This document shows positions 38,429-50,687 of a DNA stretch of 64,000 nt, one piece after another. The first letter of the stretch is position 1. Every line of letters starts with the position of its first letter. The notes under the pieces were generated by a model. The model ran no database searches, was not told the origin of the DNA, and was given only the letters and a program-made list of their open reading frames with translations. The position numbers and the translations under genes are program-made. Origin of the DNA: Phoronis australis (taxonomy: Eukaryota > Animalia > Phoronida); NCBI GenBank assembly GCA_002633005.1, contig NMRA01000779.1, forward strand, positions 1 to 64,000, read 5' to 3'.

Positions 38429-38925
38429 GCTAAACCAATACGACCTCTTGTAAACAGCCAACTAGCAAAATAAAGATCAATCGGATGTTTGGTCCACCAA
38501 CGTAGCGTTCTGTACATAACCTCTCTGGTGAGAAAAGCAAGATCTCGCAAAATCACGCGAGTGTAGAGTGAGTGATTCGCGAGTATACTCTGGCACTTAA
38601 TAGAAGTGGCTTAGCAACATGGCGGCCACTGAAATGATTGATCGGTGGGGTTAGAATTTTGAATTATGGGATAGAATTTTAACTGTTTGGGTTCCATAGG
38701 CGAAGTAAACGCTACAATGTAACGTACTACCATAACGGAACCCAGCCAATGGGTTTTCATTCTTTGTGTGAACGCCACATAAATTTCATACCTGTCTAAT
38801 ATGCCAAAATGATTAAATCACCGTCAATAATGCCGCTAACAATGTCATTGTTTTGGTCAGTCTCAACATTTCGTCTCATGGTAAAGTAAAGGTTTATCAA
38901 TCAAAGGTTTCGTGTTTGTCTTCAG

Positions 38926-39144
38926 CGCCACAACGCGGCTCAGCTGTCCACGTGGTGTCGCCACTTCATAGCCACCAATTACCTGGCCTTCCAGAAGAGG
39001 AAAGAGTTCGCCTTACTTGACGGTGAAAATCTGGATTACGTCACGGAACACCAATGGCCCCCAACTGACTACTTGAACGAAGTGGACGAGTACGAAAAAA
39101 AAGTTGCGGAAATAACTAAGGCAGAAAAATGCAGCATCATGTAA
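38926..39144 (+). CDS. RhoBTB/RacA-like last exon (C-terminal domain, CAAX)
   Basis: gtcttcag|RHNAAQLSTWCRHFIATNY...HQWPPTDYL...KCSIM*. The nine exons total 1779 nt = 592 aa + stop. Confidence 0.94.
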   Translation, partial: RHNAAQLSTWCRHFIATNYLAFQKRKEFALLDGENLDYVTEHQWPPTDYLNEVDEYEKKVAEITKAEKCSIM

Positions 39145-40234
39145 ACGTGTTACTGCTGATATGGCTATGCAGAGATACTCAAGGAACTTGTCTGAACAGT
39201 TCAGGACTTGTAATTTTAAGTTATCAGTCGATTATGTGTTTATTTATTAATCTAACTGTTGTTTATTGTGGTTCTCATTGTTACATATTTCCAAGTACAT
39301 AGTGACATTAACACATGTAAGTCACAATAATTAAATGTCATCTGACTATTAAAGATTTCTTTTGCACTGCAACACATGCCAATTCATGTTGGCAATTCTG
39401 TATTTTAAAAGATTTTAGGTGTAAAGGAGTAAAATTTACAAAGAAACTTTCTTTCAAGAGGAGTCCACTTTCAATTTGATCTTGAAGTTTAGAGGTAGAG
39501 AACACACGCATTTATAATAAAACTCTGCGCTTGCACGCGCAGAGTAAAAAATTTTCCTTTCAATGTTTTTTTTTACACCGGCGTTTCTGATTGGCTGGTC
39601 AAATTCTTAACAGGTAGCGCTTTACGCAAACAGATTGGTTTGACTGATGGATGAAGCGTTTATGTGGTCTGTTCAGACAAATCGATGCCTAATTCGTGTT
39701 CAAGAAATGTTAATTCCAGAAAATTGTGGTTTCACCTTTTCAGAGTACATCTTTATACTGTTGCTGACTTTTGTTTACGTTGCAAAACTATAAAGGTTCA
39801 CAAAATAACGAAGTTTGCGAAAAATTCAATGTTGGCATAGAGGTCGTCAATATGAAAGCCAATGCGTTACACACCGTGTAAAACAAATGTATGAGTACTG
39901 ACACTGAAGACGATGACATTGGATGCAAACAACTGTCGTATAATCGTCTGTTAGTGGCCGGAGACGCATTTACTCATACAGGTTAAGTCATCGTAGTTCA
40001 AATCGTTGCAGTATGGTTTCGTAGTTATTGTAACTATGTGAGAATGTAACACAAAGTGCGACAGGCTCTGTACAAATTAACAAATTGAAGATTAAGGCGA
40101 TAGTTTGTGCAAACCCACAAACCACAATTTTTCGCACAAACTTTGACAATATAACATTGTGTCAATTTAAGAAGTTGCGTCAGTTTGTCCCATTTTACAA
40201 AAGTTGCTCAGGTAACCATACTGTCGTGATAAAA

Positions 40235-40605
40235 CGCCGTCACTTATGTTGGAATGACGTCACAACATGACGTGTTGTATTCGAACGACACCACATGACA
40301 CTTTATGCTAGTATGACGCACTATGTTAGAATAACGCGTTATGTAACAGAATGACGTCAAATGACGCTTTATGCTAGAATGGCAGGCATGACATGTGGTG
40401 TTAGAATGACGTCAAATGACGCTGTATACTAGAATGACATCACACATGACGTGTTATCTTAGAATGGCGTCACATAACGCGTTTTTTCGAATGACTTCAC
40501 ATGACGCGTTATGTTAGACTGACATCGCAGGTGGCTTCATGCTATAATGACATTACATTACGCTTTATGTTTTATACGACGTCATATGACGCGTTATGTA
40601 CGCTA
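40235..40605. repeat. Degenerate ~30-bp repeat rich in TGACG/TGACGTCA
   Basis: Recurrent agaatgacgtca...atgacgc...tatg units. Confidence 0.7.
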
Positions 40606-40931
40606 TCACACCATTTCGAGGACGTTCAGCGAAACACCTTAAAAGTTAGCGAAAATTCAGTTATGGGTTCTGAAACTAGCGACGCAGATTGGCCCTCCAA
40701 ATGAGACTAGAAATATTACGAATATAAGAATACATACCAGTCATCAGAAACGACATAACTAGTTGTTTATGCATCATTTTGTTAGTAAGATTAACAATAG
40801 TTTCTTTCTTATCAAGATCCCATGGGATAACAACATTGTTATACTAAAAAAGGCTTATTCTGAATAAATATATCTTGCAATACAAAACCGGATAACGTAC
40901 CCAGACATTTAACCTGATGAGCATCTGTTAA

Positions 40932-41400
40932 AGGAGAATGCCACCCGATTTAATTAGTTTTTTTACCGTCTTAATCGGTCTACATCCACATCGCCTCTTA
41001 TACTGTCGACCTCACCTTGCCGAGAGGTGTCGCGTAACATGTGAGGAAGGTGGGAAACGACGCAGCGAAGTCAGTGGTTCGTCTGCAGAGTGAATGCCGC
41101 TATATTGCGATGCATCGTTCCCGCTTGTGTCCGAACAAGAAGCTGCGAAGAAAGCGGGTATATCGTTTTAGCGACTTCCTCGAGAGCCCTAAATGCTTAG
41201 GAAGTGGCTCGCAGTAGTGAAGAATGAAAGATACGCTGTTAATAGAAAGTATGAGGCCGTGAAACACCAACGTGTCTGTGGCCGGCAGTTCGTCGACAGT
41301 GAATTCTCTGACGAATTCCGGCTTACCAAAGAACTATCCATACGTTCCGTTGCCTACAAACAAAAGACTAAAATTCCCCCTGTGTCTTATGAAATGAAGA
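40932..41400 (+). mobile_element. Left part of another Kolobok-type element with a degraded THAP domain
   Basis: TTAA|AGGAGAATGCCACC terminus. MP..CIVPAC...GISF*RLP...LRKWL...RVCGRQFVDSEF at ~41094-41350. Right end not found. Confidence 0.6.
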
Positions 41401-41873
41401 CTTTACTTAGTTGTACTTTGCACCTTTTCACTTCTTTGATTACAATCTTACGCTTCCAGATTTTGATTCAATTGAAAGAGTACTTGGCAATAAGCCAATG
41501 ACCCAAGTGAATGCGTGAAGTTTACGATTTCACCTCTAGGTAAAAATGCAAATGGTGGAGTGAAAAGCGAACAACAAATTATCGAGTTAAGAAGGGCTTG
41601 CTTTCCGTGCAGTTTTATTCGCCGTATCGTTTTTACGAATATCTTTATGGGATCGTAATATGAACGTGTGGGGGTCAACATGCGATGTGCAATGGAAGTG
41701 CAATATATATGTCACATAATCTTACACGCTCCCAACGCAAGTACGTTCAACACTGTGTTTGCCATTTTGTGCTCACAGATTTCGACGTGATGACATCTTA
41801 TTAAAATTAGTAGTCGGCGAGCGAATTTATTTTGAAGCACGCAATTTTCGTGCATTCGTATTCGTTGTATCAT

Positions 41874-42264
41874 TTATATAGAATTTGTTATATGCACGAC
41901 ACTTTTCATTGTTCACAGTCTTTATTCCGTTACGTTCATACTTTCGGAACAAAACTCTACTCTCAACTGAACATAGATACAGTAACTGACCTAGAGACAA
42001 AAGACACACGATATTTCGAAACATACTTGTTTCATTCTCAAGTGAAGATAAAATGACGCAGTATTGCCACCACAGTTATTTTATCTTCACTGGAGAATGA
42101 AACAAGTGTGTTTCGAAATATCGTGTGTCTTTTAATTATGTCGCTAGGTCAGTTACTGTATTTACGTTCAGTTGAGAGTAGAGTTTTGTTCCGCAAGTAT
42201 GAACGTAACGGAATAAAGACTGTGAACAATGAAAAGTGTCTTGCATTTAACAAATTCTGTATAA
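41874..42264. repeat. Long inverted repeat (fold-back/MITE-like): ~185-bp arms, 17-nt spacer
   Basis: 41874-42057 is the reverse complement of 42075-42264, with a few substitutions and an indel; this explains the mirrored ORFs. Confidence 0.9.
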
Positions 42265-42804
42265 CCGAAAACTTGCTCCCGAAGTACAGCCAGTTGTATC
42301 ATATAGAAAGATAAAAATGTCTAGGTTACATGCTGCCTTAATTTGCACGCGTGCGGGTCAGTATCAAATGTGATATGTACGACACAATATCTACACTTTC
42401 GACGTACAGACTTTCCAACCCCGTTTAAGATTCACGGTTGGTTTATTGAGAAGCAGTAAATGTGCCAGTAGCAATAAACTTGCACAAGAGCAGGTAAGTA
42501 AGTATATGTAGAACAAAGGCACCCTTTTTCAACGCTGGCACACGCTGACTCAGTTGACATTTTGACTTTGTAGAGTGCCAGGTATCGAGATTGGTCATGT
42601 AGTTGATTGCTTACGTCAGTCAATTCTTGGCTCGAATGGAACTTGATCCGTTCAACGAATTTTTTTCGTGATTTTGTGAAATGAACATTAATTAAAGTCA
42701 AAAGAAATTTCGAGGATGGTAGAAAAAACTTGTTGAATGTACTAGTACAAATAAAATCAACTCAAATTGCCTTGGGATATTTAGGGAATCATAAATGGTT
42801 TTAT

Positions 42805-43173
42805 CCGGTCCCGTAGCGTTGGCCAAAGAGGTCAACGATACGCCGTTAACTTCCGCGCGTAAGTTAATTCTTGTTAGAGACGTTAAGCAATTATTTGCAA
42901 CGTAAAGTAATTATTTGCGGCGTAAAATAACTATTAACTGCTTAAAGTAAATACATCACGCCATAAATAATTAGTTTACGCCGCAAATGATTACTTTACG
43001 CCGTTAACAATACTTTACGCCGCAAATAATTACTTTAAACCCCAAGTAATTTATTTACGCCACAAATAACTACTTTACGCATCTAAATAATTACTTTACG
43101 CCTCTAACAAGAATGAACTTACGCACGTAATTTAACGTCATAACGTTCATCATTTGGCTAACGATAGTCCCGG
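42805..43173. mobile_element. MITE with CCGG termini, TTAT flanks and internal tandem repeats (piggyBac-like)
   Basis: Imperfect long TIRs; TTAT on both sides; internal taattactttacgccgcaaa units. Confidence 0.55.
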
Positions 43174-43359
43174 TTATATTTTCCCTCTTTTCAAATCGTC
43201 TAACATTCTGTACTCTCAGATTTTGACCGAATCAAATCATGAAAAACATTGCCTTAATGACAAGAAAGTGCAGTGGGTCATTGAAAAAGCTGATGTGTCG
43301 AGTTTTATTATCTCAGCGAACAGTAGAAACAATCCATGGTTCTTTAATTTGCAGGAAAA

Positions 43360-43414
43360 ATGTTGACCTGGCCCGTCATCGCTGTACAAGTGGTCATCCG
43401 ATTTTGTTTTGCCG
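43360..43414 (+). CDS. Mosaic receptor gene: putative signal-peptide exon
   Basis: MLTWPVIAVQVVIRFCFA G|gtggga; phase 1 matches the next exon. Confidence 0.5.
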
Positions 43415-43720
43415 GTGGGAACATGGTTTCTCATTACAGTGAGTAGACAGGACACTCGAGAGATGGCGCGATTATGGGAGCCTGTCCCTTTTTTGAAAAT
43501 TCGTCTTCAAAGACAATGGTCGGTAGATTTCAAGGTGAAAATTAAAGTGTTGGGAAGCAAAAACATTGAACCATATATTCCAACATTTCTGTACTGAGGT
43601 TTTAAAGTAACAACCCGTTGTAAATGCAGCTTTCATTTGTAGAAGTTCTAACTGCCGCTTCAGAACAGTTGCATACACAATGTTCTTCCTTTTCAAACTA
43701 ATACTTATTCTTGCGTCTAG

Positions 43721-43990
43721 CAAACCTTGCGTTCAACAGATACGCAGAGCAATCGGGCGTTTTCGGCGTCGTGACGCCTGACCCGAAGGTAATCTCGGCA
43801 GAGGCTAAAAAGGCTGTAGATAAATGGCCGGGCTACATAGACCACGTGACTATGGGTTACAACGGGTTGACCTGTTCCTATACGGCCTGGATGGTGCGAC
43901 CTTGGTGGAGAGTGAATATCGGGGGAGGAAAAGGCAGAGAGATGAACATGCGCGTACAATATGTGCAGATAACCAATGTTCATTTTGGAG
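43721..43990 (+). CDS. Mosaic receptor gene: F-type lectin (fucolectin) domain, first half
   Basis: gtctag|ANLAFNRYAEQS...AKKAVD...CSYT...PWWRVNIG...VQYVQITN...G|gtacag. Confidence 0.8.
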
Positions 43991-44109
43991 GTACAGTAGG
44001 TATACGCCATACGGCTCACGAGGTTCAAACAAGGCAGGCCTCTGTCATGGCCGCAAGTCGAGTTAGTGCCTGCAGCATATTACGTTCTTTCATGGCGTCA
44101 CAGGAGTGG

Positions 44110-45085
44110 CATAGGCGGATTTAGGGTGGGGCTCGGGCCCCCCCCCCCCTTGGCTGCCGCAAAAAAAATAAAACAGTGAGAGCGTAGGGAAATGGTGAGT
44201 TTATTAATTAACCCCGATAATTAAAATTATACGGATGAATAAAGATTTAAATGTGTGCAGGTTTAGTGTTTGGGGAGGGGNNNNNNNNNNNNNNNNNNNN
44301 NNNNNNNNNNNNNNNNNNNNNNNNNNNNNNNNNNNNNNNNNNNNNNNNNNNNNNNNNNNNNNNNNNNNNNNNNNNNNNNNNNNNNNNNNNNNNNNNNNNN
44401 NNNNNNNNNNTTTTTTAAAGAGAATGGAACCTGAGTGACGATGAAAAAACAGAAGCTGCTGGTAAGATGTGAATTTTAATCGAAACCTTAGTAAATCACT
44501 CAGAAACTCGCAATACTCTCTTTGTCAAACCTTATCTTAAGACAATTTCCAAAGCAATCCCGTCATTATCGCCAACACGAAAAACGGATTTGGTCTTTTG
44601 GGCATTTGAAGACTATTTTAAATACGACAAATTTGTTAAGAATTGATGGCACAAAATATAACACGTATAGCATTACGAAAAGAAGTAGGTTTCGCGCGCA
44701 AACGCTGTAGACCATAAACAAGTAGGTCTTTTAGTATAACGTTAGTAGGTAAGTCGTTGTGGTGTAGTGGTAACGCACGCGCTCTCTAAGCGCCAGGTCG
44801 TGAGTTCGCATCTTAGATACATTCAGATTTTCCTGTTTGACACGCTCTCCGACTTTTTTTTTTCTTTTCCTTTTTTTCTTGGATAATACTTCAGGAATCA
44901 AGGAAAATGCTTGACTTTTAGAGGTAGAACAGAAAAATTTCCTGAGCGGGAGGGGGGTTTGCCCCCCTCCCGACCTCCCCCCATTCGGTGCTATGCGCAT
45001 CTACAATCGTGGTTCAGTTTTGCGCAAATGCTTACAGCCGGACAAAATGTTGAGCCCCCCTTGTGATATCCTAGATCCGCCACTG
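44110..45085. mobile_element. GC-terminal TIR element (CATAGGCGGAT...ATCCGCCACTG) with 5-bp TSD AGTGG; contains an N gap
   Basis: AGTGG at 44105-44109 and 45086-45090. Confidence 0.7.
44754..44815 (+). mobile_element. tRNA-like/SINE relic
   Basis: A box TGGTGTAGTGG and B-box-like GAGTTCGCATC; acceptor stem not intact. Confidence 0.4.
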
Positions 45086-45539
45086 AGTGGCGCTGTCCAA
45101 TGTGATTACTCTGTTTCTCGGCCATTATGATTGAAGTTGCCAATAGTTAGGAGAGGTTCGCGGCTGCAGCAAACTCTAATAGACGTAATGGCTAACCAAT
45201 TGAGATGATATTGGTGCGGCCTTCAGACTGCACACCATTTGCATCCCTGTTAGGTTGCACTAAACAAGAAGTTCATAGTATAAAATGGCGATTGCCAATA
45301 AAATGGCCTTCTGTTAAAACGTCATATCTTGCCAAAGACAGAATCTATGGCAATGCACAACACTTTCAAATTTGTATGAATTTACGTTTCCGCGCAGTCA
45401 TGTACAATGTACCTGTTAGAACACGTTTCAAAATATATTTTACAGCTGAGATTATACACAGAAACAAAATTGTTTCTTGCTGATGGACCTTTCGAAAAAT
45501 CATAATTTTACGTAAAATGCGAAATCTATAATTCCGAAG

Positions 45540-45758
45540 GTAACCACCTGAGAAATTTCGAAGTGAGCGTGATTCGTAGCGATAGCGCCGTTCGTCACCG
45601 GTGCTACCATTTCGTTGGTGAGTTTCCCTCAGGTGAATCGCGGCTACTGCAATGCCAGCGACTCGTACCGCCAGCGAGAACTGTGGAAATACAACTGAAA
45701 GGCGAGGAACACGCCACGCTAGCTCTGTGTGACGTAGCAGTGTTTTACAAAGACCCAG
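45540..45758 (+). CDS. Mosaic receptor gene: F-type lectin domain, second half
   Basis: ccgaag|GNHLRNFEVSV...CYHF...LLQC...ARTVEIQL...LALCDVAVF...G|gtaaat, phase 1-1. Confidence 0.8.
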
Positions 45759-46199
45759 GTAAATTACATTCGAAGCACTATTTCGTGACATAAGGCTAAA
45801 ATGGTAGCGCCAGACGTTTATAGACACAGTCCTTAGTTTTACTTGCAATCAAATAGCTTACTTCTGTGTTTCTACAATAAACATTGAACTAATGAAAAAA
45901 TGTCCAACGAAACATACAAGTCCATCGTAAAGATAAAATCGGCATTGTCAACTTGTAAAACAACTACGTCTTTAAAATTAGTTGCCATATCACTTTGGTA
46001 AACATGACCAGCTTTTGTTTGGTTTGTGTCAGGGTTTACATTTTTGTTTTGCCCCAGTCTTTCCAAACACTGTAGAATGCCTTACAGAAATCATCAAAAA
46101 TGCAATAATAAAAGTGCAGATTTCAATGCACGGCATTAATTCAATAGAATACCATGATATGAGTTAAACATTGATCAAATTCTCGTGCAACTGATGACT

Positions 46200-46638
46200 A
46201 TCTCCCTTCCTCCTTTCACCAATCACTTCCCTTCCTGCATTCATCAATCACGTCCCTTCCTCCATTCATCAATCACGTCCCTTCCTCCATTCATCAATCA
46301 CGTCCCTTCGTCCATTCATCAATCACGTCCCTTCCTCCATTCATCAATCACGTTCCTTCCTCCATTCATCAATCACGTCCCNNNNNNNNNNNNNNNNNNN
46401 NNNNNNNNNNNNNNNNNNNNNNNNNNNNNNNNNNNNNNNNNNNNNNNNNNNNNNACGTCCCGGCCTTCCTCCATTCATCAATCACGTCCCGGCCTTCCTC
46501 CATTCATCAATCACGTCCCTTCCTCCATTCATCAATCACGTCCCTTCCTCCATTCATCAATCACTTCCCTTCCTCCATTCATCAATCACGTCCCTTCCTC
46601 TATTCACCAATCACGTCCCTTCCTCCATTCACCAATCA
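46200..46638. repeat. 25-bp tandem repeat (ccttcctccattcatcaatcacgtc) with an internal gap
   Basis: Direct observation. Confidence 0.92.
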
Positions 46639-47851
46639 TGCTCTTAGGCTTCATTTTCTGCTTGATGATAACACTTGTTCGTGAATTGGACCATTCTACT
46701 GAACAGGTTACGTCGAACCTAAAGTAGCGGTCAAAAGCGACGTTGATGTGGACTATGCCGGAGTCGAATGTGGAATGCTGGGCAACGTCTGCTTCCTGTC
46801 CAAAAACGGATTGTTCTCTGAGTGCCTCATCGAAGACAAGTCAAACGCCAACCCCAATGCAATTTCATTTGTGCCTTCACTCTGTACCATACCACGTTAT
46901 CATGGTTTGTGTGCTTTCAATTTGTTTTATCCAAAAAATTGTATATTTGTTTCTTTGAATCCCGGCGTGTATTTTAGTTTAGATGATTATGAGGAATGTG
47001 CAGTAGTAACTGCACTATCACGCAGTAAACATGCCAATGACAAGACGAGCCTCTCTTTAGTAATGTTGTGTTGTGAGGCGTAGGATTGGTTTGGTTTAAT
47101 TTTCTTGCATTTGTGACANGACTATGCCGGAGTCGAATGTGGAATGTTGGGCAACGTCTGCTTCCTGTCCAAAAACGGATTGTTCTCTGAGTGCCTCATC
47201 GAAGACAAGTCAAATGCCAACCCCAACGCAATTTCATTTGTGCCTTCACTCTGTACCATACCACGTTATCATGGTTTGTGTGCTTTCAATTTGTTTTATC
47301 CAAAAAATTGTATATAATTGTTTCTTTGAATCCCGGCGTGTATTTTAGTTTAGATGATTATGAGGAATGTGCAGTAGTAACTGCACTATCACGCAGTAAA
47401 CATGCCAATGACAAGACGAGCCTCTCTTTAGTAATGTTGTGTTGTGAGGCGTAGGATTGGTTTGGTTTAATTTTCTTGCATTTGTGACAAAAGAAACAGA
47501 CGGTAGGTACGTGAAGACATTACTGTCTTTGCTGATCACCATAATATTGGGAAATGGCGCCGAGATGTGATTCTCCTTTATTGAACCTCTCCCTCAAACT
47601 TTTCTCCGTGGGTTTATAAGCCCGATAATACTATGTGTGTGTGCACTCGGGTGTGTACCAGCGTGTGCATGTGCACGTGTGCCTGTGTTAAAAACAGACG
47701 TGATCAAAATGAACACTGCCATCGCGGGAAGCGTGCATGGGTTCCTTGTGTGACGATAAGCATAGAAGCACCTAATTAAATTGGTCAGGAATTGTAGTAT
47801 TATATTGACGACAGTCCTTATGAGTGCCAGTGTTGGCTTTGTTCATTACAG

Positions 47852-48040
47852 ATAACGATTTTGAGTACATCTTGGGTTGGTCCACGTGGACTCATTGTCG
47901 CTGTGGTAGATCTTGTATCGAGAGAAGTTACAGGACGTGCAAGGAGAACACATACAAAGGGACGACATGTCCAACCCTCTTCCTAGTCAGAAGCCGTGTT
48001 GTTCAACGTCTTCCCTGCCACTCCAAACATCCAATGGCAG
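47852..48040 (+). CDS. Mosaic receptor gene: thrombospondin type-1 (TSP1)-like exon
   Basis: cattacag|DNDFEYILGWSTWTHCRCGRSCIERSYRTC...C...PC...G|gttctc, phase 1-1; WxxW and RxxRxC motifs. Confidence 0.7.
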
Positions 48041-48737
48041 GTTCTCGATATTGTAACGTTTGCGTTTAGATCCGCCACCCCCGCCTTTGCCATCAAACCC
48101 AATTATGCTAGGGCAATGTCATGTAGCACGTTTTGCAGTCCTTAGTAAGACAACTGGCCACTGGGCGTGGATTGTGTGGTTGCATCGATATGAGGACTAT
48201 CACTACGTACACGTACCGGTAGTTGAGCAATAATTTCGGTTGACTTTAAATGTAACTTCAACGGAATTTTGTTATTTTAGGTCTATTGGGACAACCAAAT
48301 AGTCCTATCATAGCTAAGCAAAATAAGAAAAAGCGAGTTTAATCACTTAAATGTAGTCCTGTCAAATGATAGGTAAAGTTGCATTTTCGTGCCATATTGC
48401 ATCACTGCAAGATCCCAGCACAAACCACAAAATGCCAAAAGCAGTATAGAGGTCTGAATATAACACTACTGCGTGCGGGTGAGTGTAAAGGCAATTATCG
48501 CGGTGACGTACGTAGACAAAAGCAAGCCGATACGCCTGGCCGTTCATTGCATTTGGAAATTTATGGCACTAGTAGGCGCAGAGCGATGCTCTAAGCATAC
48601 ATGCACTGCAGGAACCAAATTTACAAGTGCTACGGAAACCGTTCAAGATAGGCTTTGTAATAATGGGACGAAAGTAGGACACCCGGTGTAACTGAGCAAG
48701 GGCCGTGTTAAAAAATTCTCATTTTTGTACATTTCAG

Positions 48738-48880
48738 CTACGGCACTTCTTGCAATAGATGGCTTTGCAATTCATCCTGCTAAAGTTTTAACCATTGGAG
48801 CAAACGTTAGCCTAGAATGTACCATCACGACACGTGACTGGCGCGACAATTACGATTCGGTGGAAATACAAAAGAGACAG
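48738..48880 (+). CDS. Mosaic receptor gene: Ig-like domain, strands A-C
   Basis: atttcag|ATALLAIDGFAIHPAKVLTIGANVSLECTI...VEIQKRQ|gtaatg. Confidence 0.7.
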
Positions 48881-49674
48881 GTAATGAGTACGCATGCCTA
48901 TAACAAAAGGTGAGAAATGTTCACATGAGGCGGCGCTCAATATCTTTTCTAAGTTTACGCTTGAAAAAAGGTCGTGTCACTGTTATATAGGATGCACAAA
49001 GTCTAAAATACGAAGAGTATAATGGGCCAAACATTTCCTTGTACGAAGTCTAAAGAAACTAATTTCGAAGTGAAATTTTCCGTCTTTTGGACTACCGCAA
49101 GTACATCTGGGTACGAGAGAAAAAAACCCCGCCGAATCATCAGTTTTCACCCCAAAACCACGGTTTGCATGCGAATATACGAACTGAGAGACAGAGCATT
49201 CCTACTGTCAAAACTCTCCACATTACAGAAATCGGGTGAAAAATGAACGTCAACCAGTCAGATTTTTTGCAAGAACAACGGGTCAGAAAAGAACCTGAAT
49301 TTCCTGTTAAATTTCGAAAACATTGAGCCAAGGTGTTAACAGCTGACTATCCTTCACTCAGAATAAATCCTTCACATGTAGCAACAAGACTTAAAAGCCC
49401 AGCCAAGTTCCAGCTTTTAATGATAAATTAGGGCAAGCTTATTCAAATGTGGCTAAAAAACTATTGAGTCCCACTCAAATATCTTGGGTGCATTCTGTTG
49501 AAGTGGAGCTTTAAATCACAAGTAGGACATGGAAGTGGGCTATAGTAGTACGAGTTGCCAAATAAAAAATATCAAATTTTTAGCCAAAATTTTGACGTTA
49601 CATGTATGCAAATTGTTTCGATGATTTTTCTTTTTTTAATTAAATCACGATCACTTTCACAATGTTTTTTCAAG

Positions 49675-49825
49675 GAGGATTCATGGATGTTCAACCCACT
49701 GAACGAAATGAGCAGTATCGCTGAACCTTTTGCATCGTCCGGTCGTTTCACTATTGTGTATAGCATCTTCAACATTCCTCCTGGCTCACCTATCTCAAAA
49801 ATAGTTGTGAAGATTTCCATTAAAG
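49675..49825 (+). CDS. Mosaic receptor gene: Ig-like domain, strands D-E
   Basis: ttttcaag|EDSW...SGRFTIVY...IVVKISIK G|gtagga, phase 0-1. Confidence 0.65.
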
Positions 49826-50079
49826 GTAGGAAGACAAAGTTAACACNCCAACCCACCCTCCCGGGTTTGCAAAAATCGTCATTTATGAATACAACCCGTG
49901 TATGTTGTAAGTTGCATATGAGGATATTTTAAGAGCGGTCTATTTTCAGACGTCACATTTAGCGACTACGGTGTATACAGGTGTATACACAGGCGTGTTG
50001 TGCGACTAATGGGTCGGCTGCCAGTACTGTATTCCTCAGAGAAGATACTACAAGGTCAGAGGCAGACGCATCATTGCTT

Positions 50080-50687
50080 TGTCAGGACTTATACACTGTT
50101 TTTAGTGTAATAAGGTTTATTTTATTGTTCCGTTTGTGTACTACCAGATATAGCAATGCTATTGCACTTGATTGACATGACCTGTGAAGTCAGAACAGTG
50201 ATGATGTCATTTGTTAACCATGGAATAGTACGGAACATTCTAGAAGATTCTAGTGTGTAAGTGATTGATGTAGAACCTATTATATGTTTGTAGAATGATT
50301 GGAGTTATCAGCCAATCATTCTGTGTTGTGGAAGAGCTTTAGTGAGTGATCAACCAATCATTCTGTATTGTGGAAGAGCTTTAATGAGTGATCAGCCAAT
50401 CATTGCATGTTGCAGAAGCGCTTTAGTGAGTGATCATCCAATCATTCTCTGTTGCAGCACCTCCCATAGCGCCGCCTGTAGTCGCGAATGTCTTGGACAT
50501 ACCCGGATATACACCAGGACAGGAATCAGGTGCGTCCCTTACCAGTATCTTAATCTTGTAGATTGACGTTCTGATATCCTCTCAATAAAATTTCCGATCA
50601 AGAATTGTCCAGAAGATTGACTTTGATGCCTTCCAACTCACTTTTATTTCCAAGATCTTTGTGAAATGTTGGGGCCCTCACATGACA
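50080..50687 (+). mobile_element. Solo LTR (Ty3/Gypsy-like)
   Basis: TGTCA...TGACA ends; internal CCAAT-containing repeats; AATAAA at ~50584; homologous to the inverted copy at 51414-51977; TSD not clear. Confidence 0.55.

Noticed and set aside
38098-38556. Repetitive ORFs (HTNTEVIPIQRSYQYRG)n
   Set aside because: Translation of a 17-bp intronic minisatellite.
46751-47489. Duplicated Cys-containing ORFs as a tandem gene pair
   Set aside because: Copy-N-copy join at 47119 points to an assembly duplicate; no recognisable domain or consistent splice sites.
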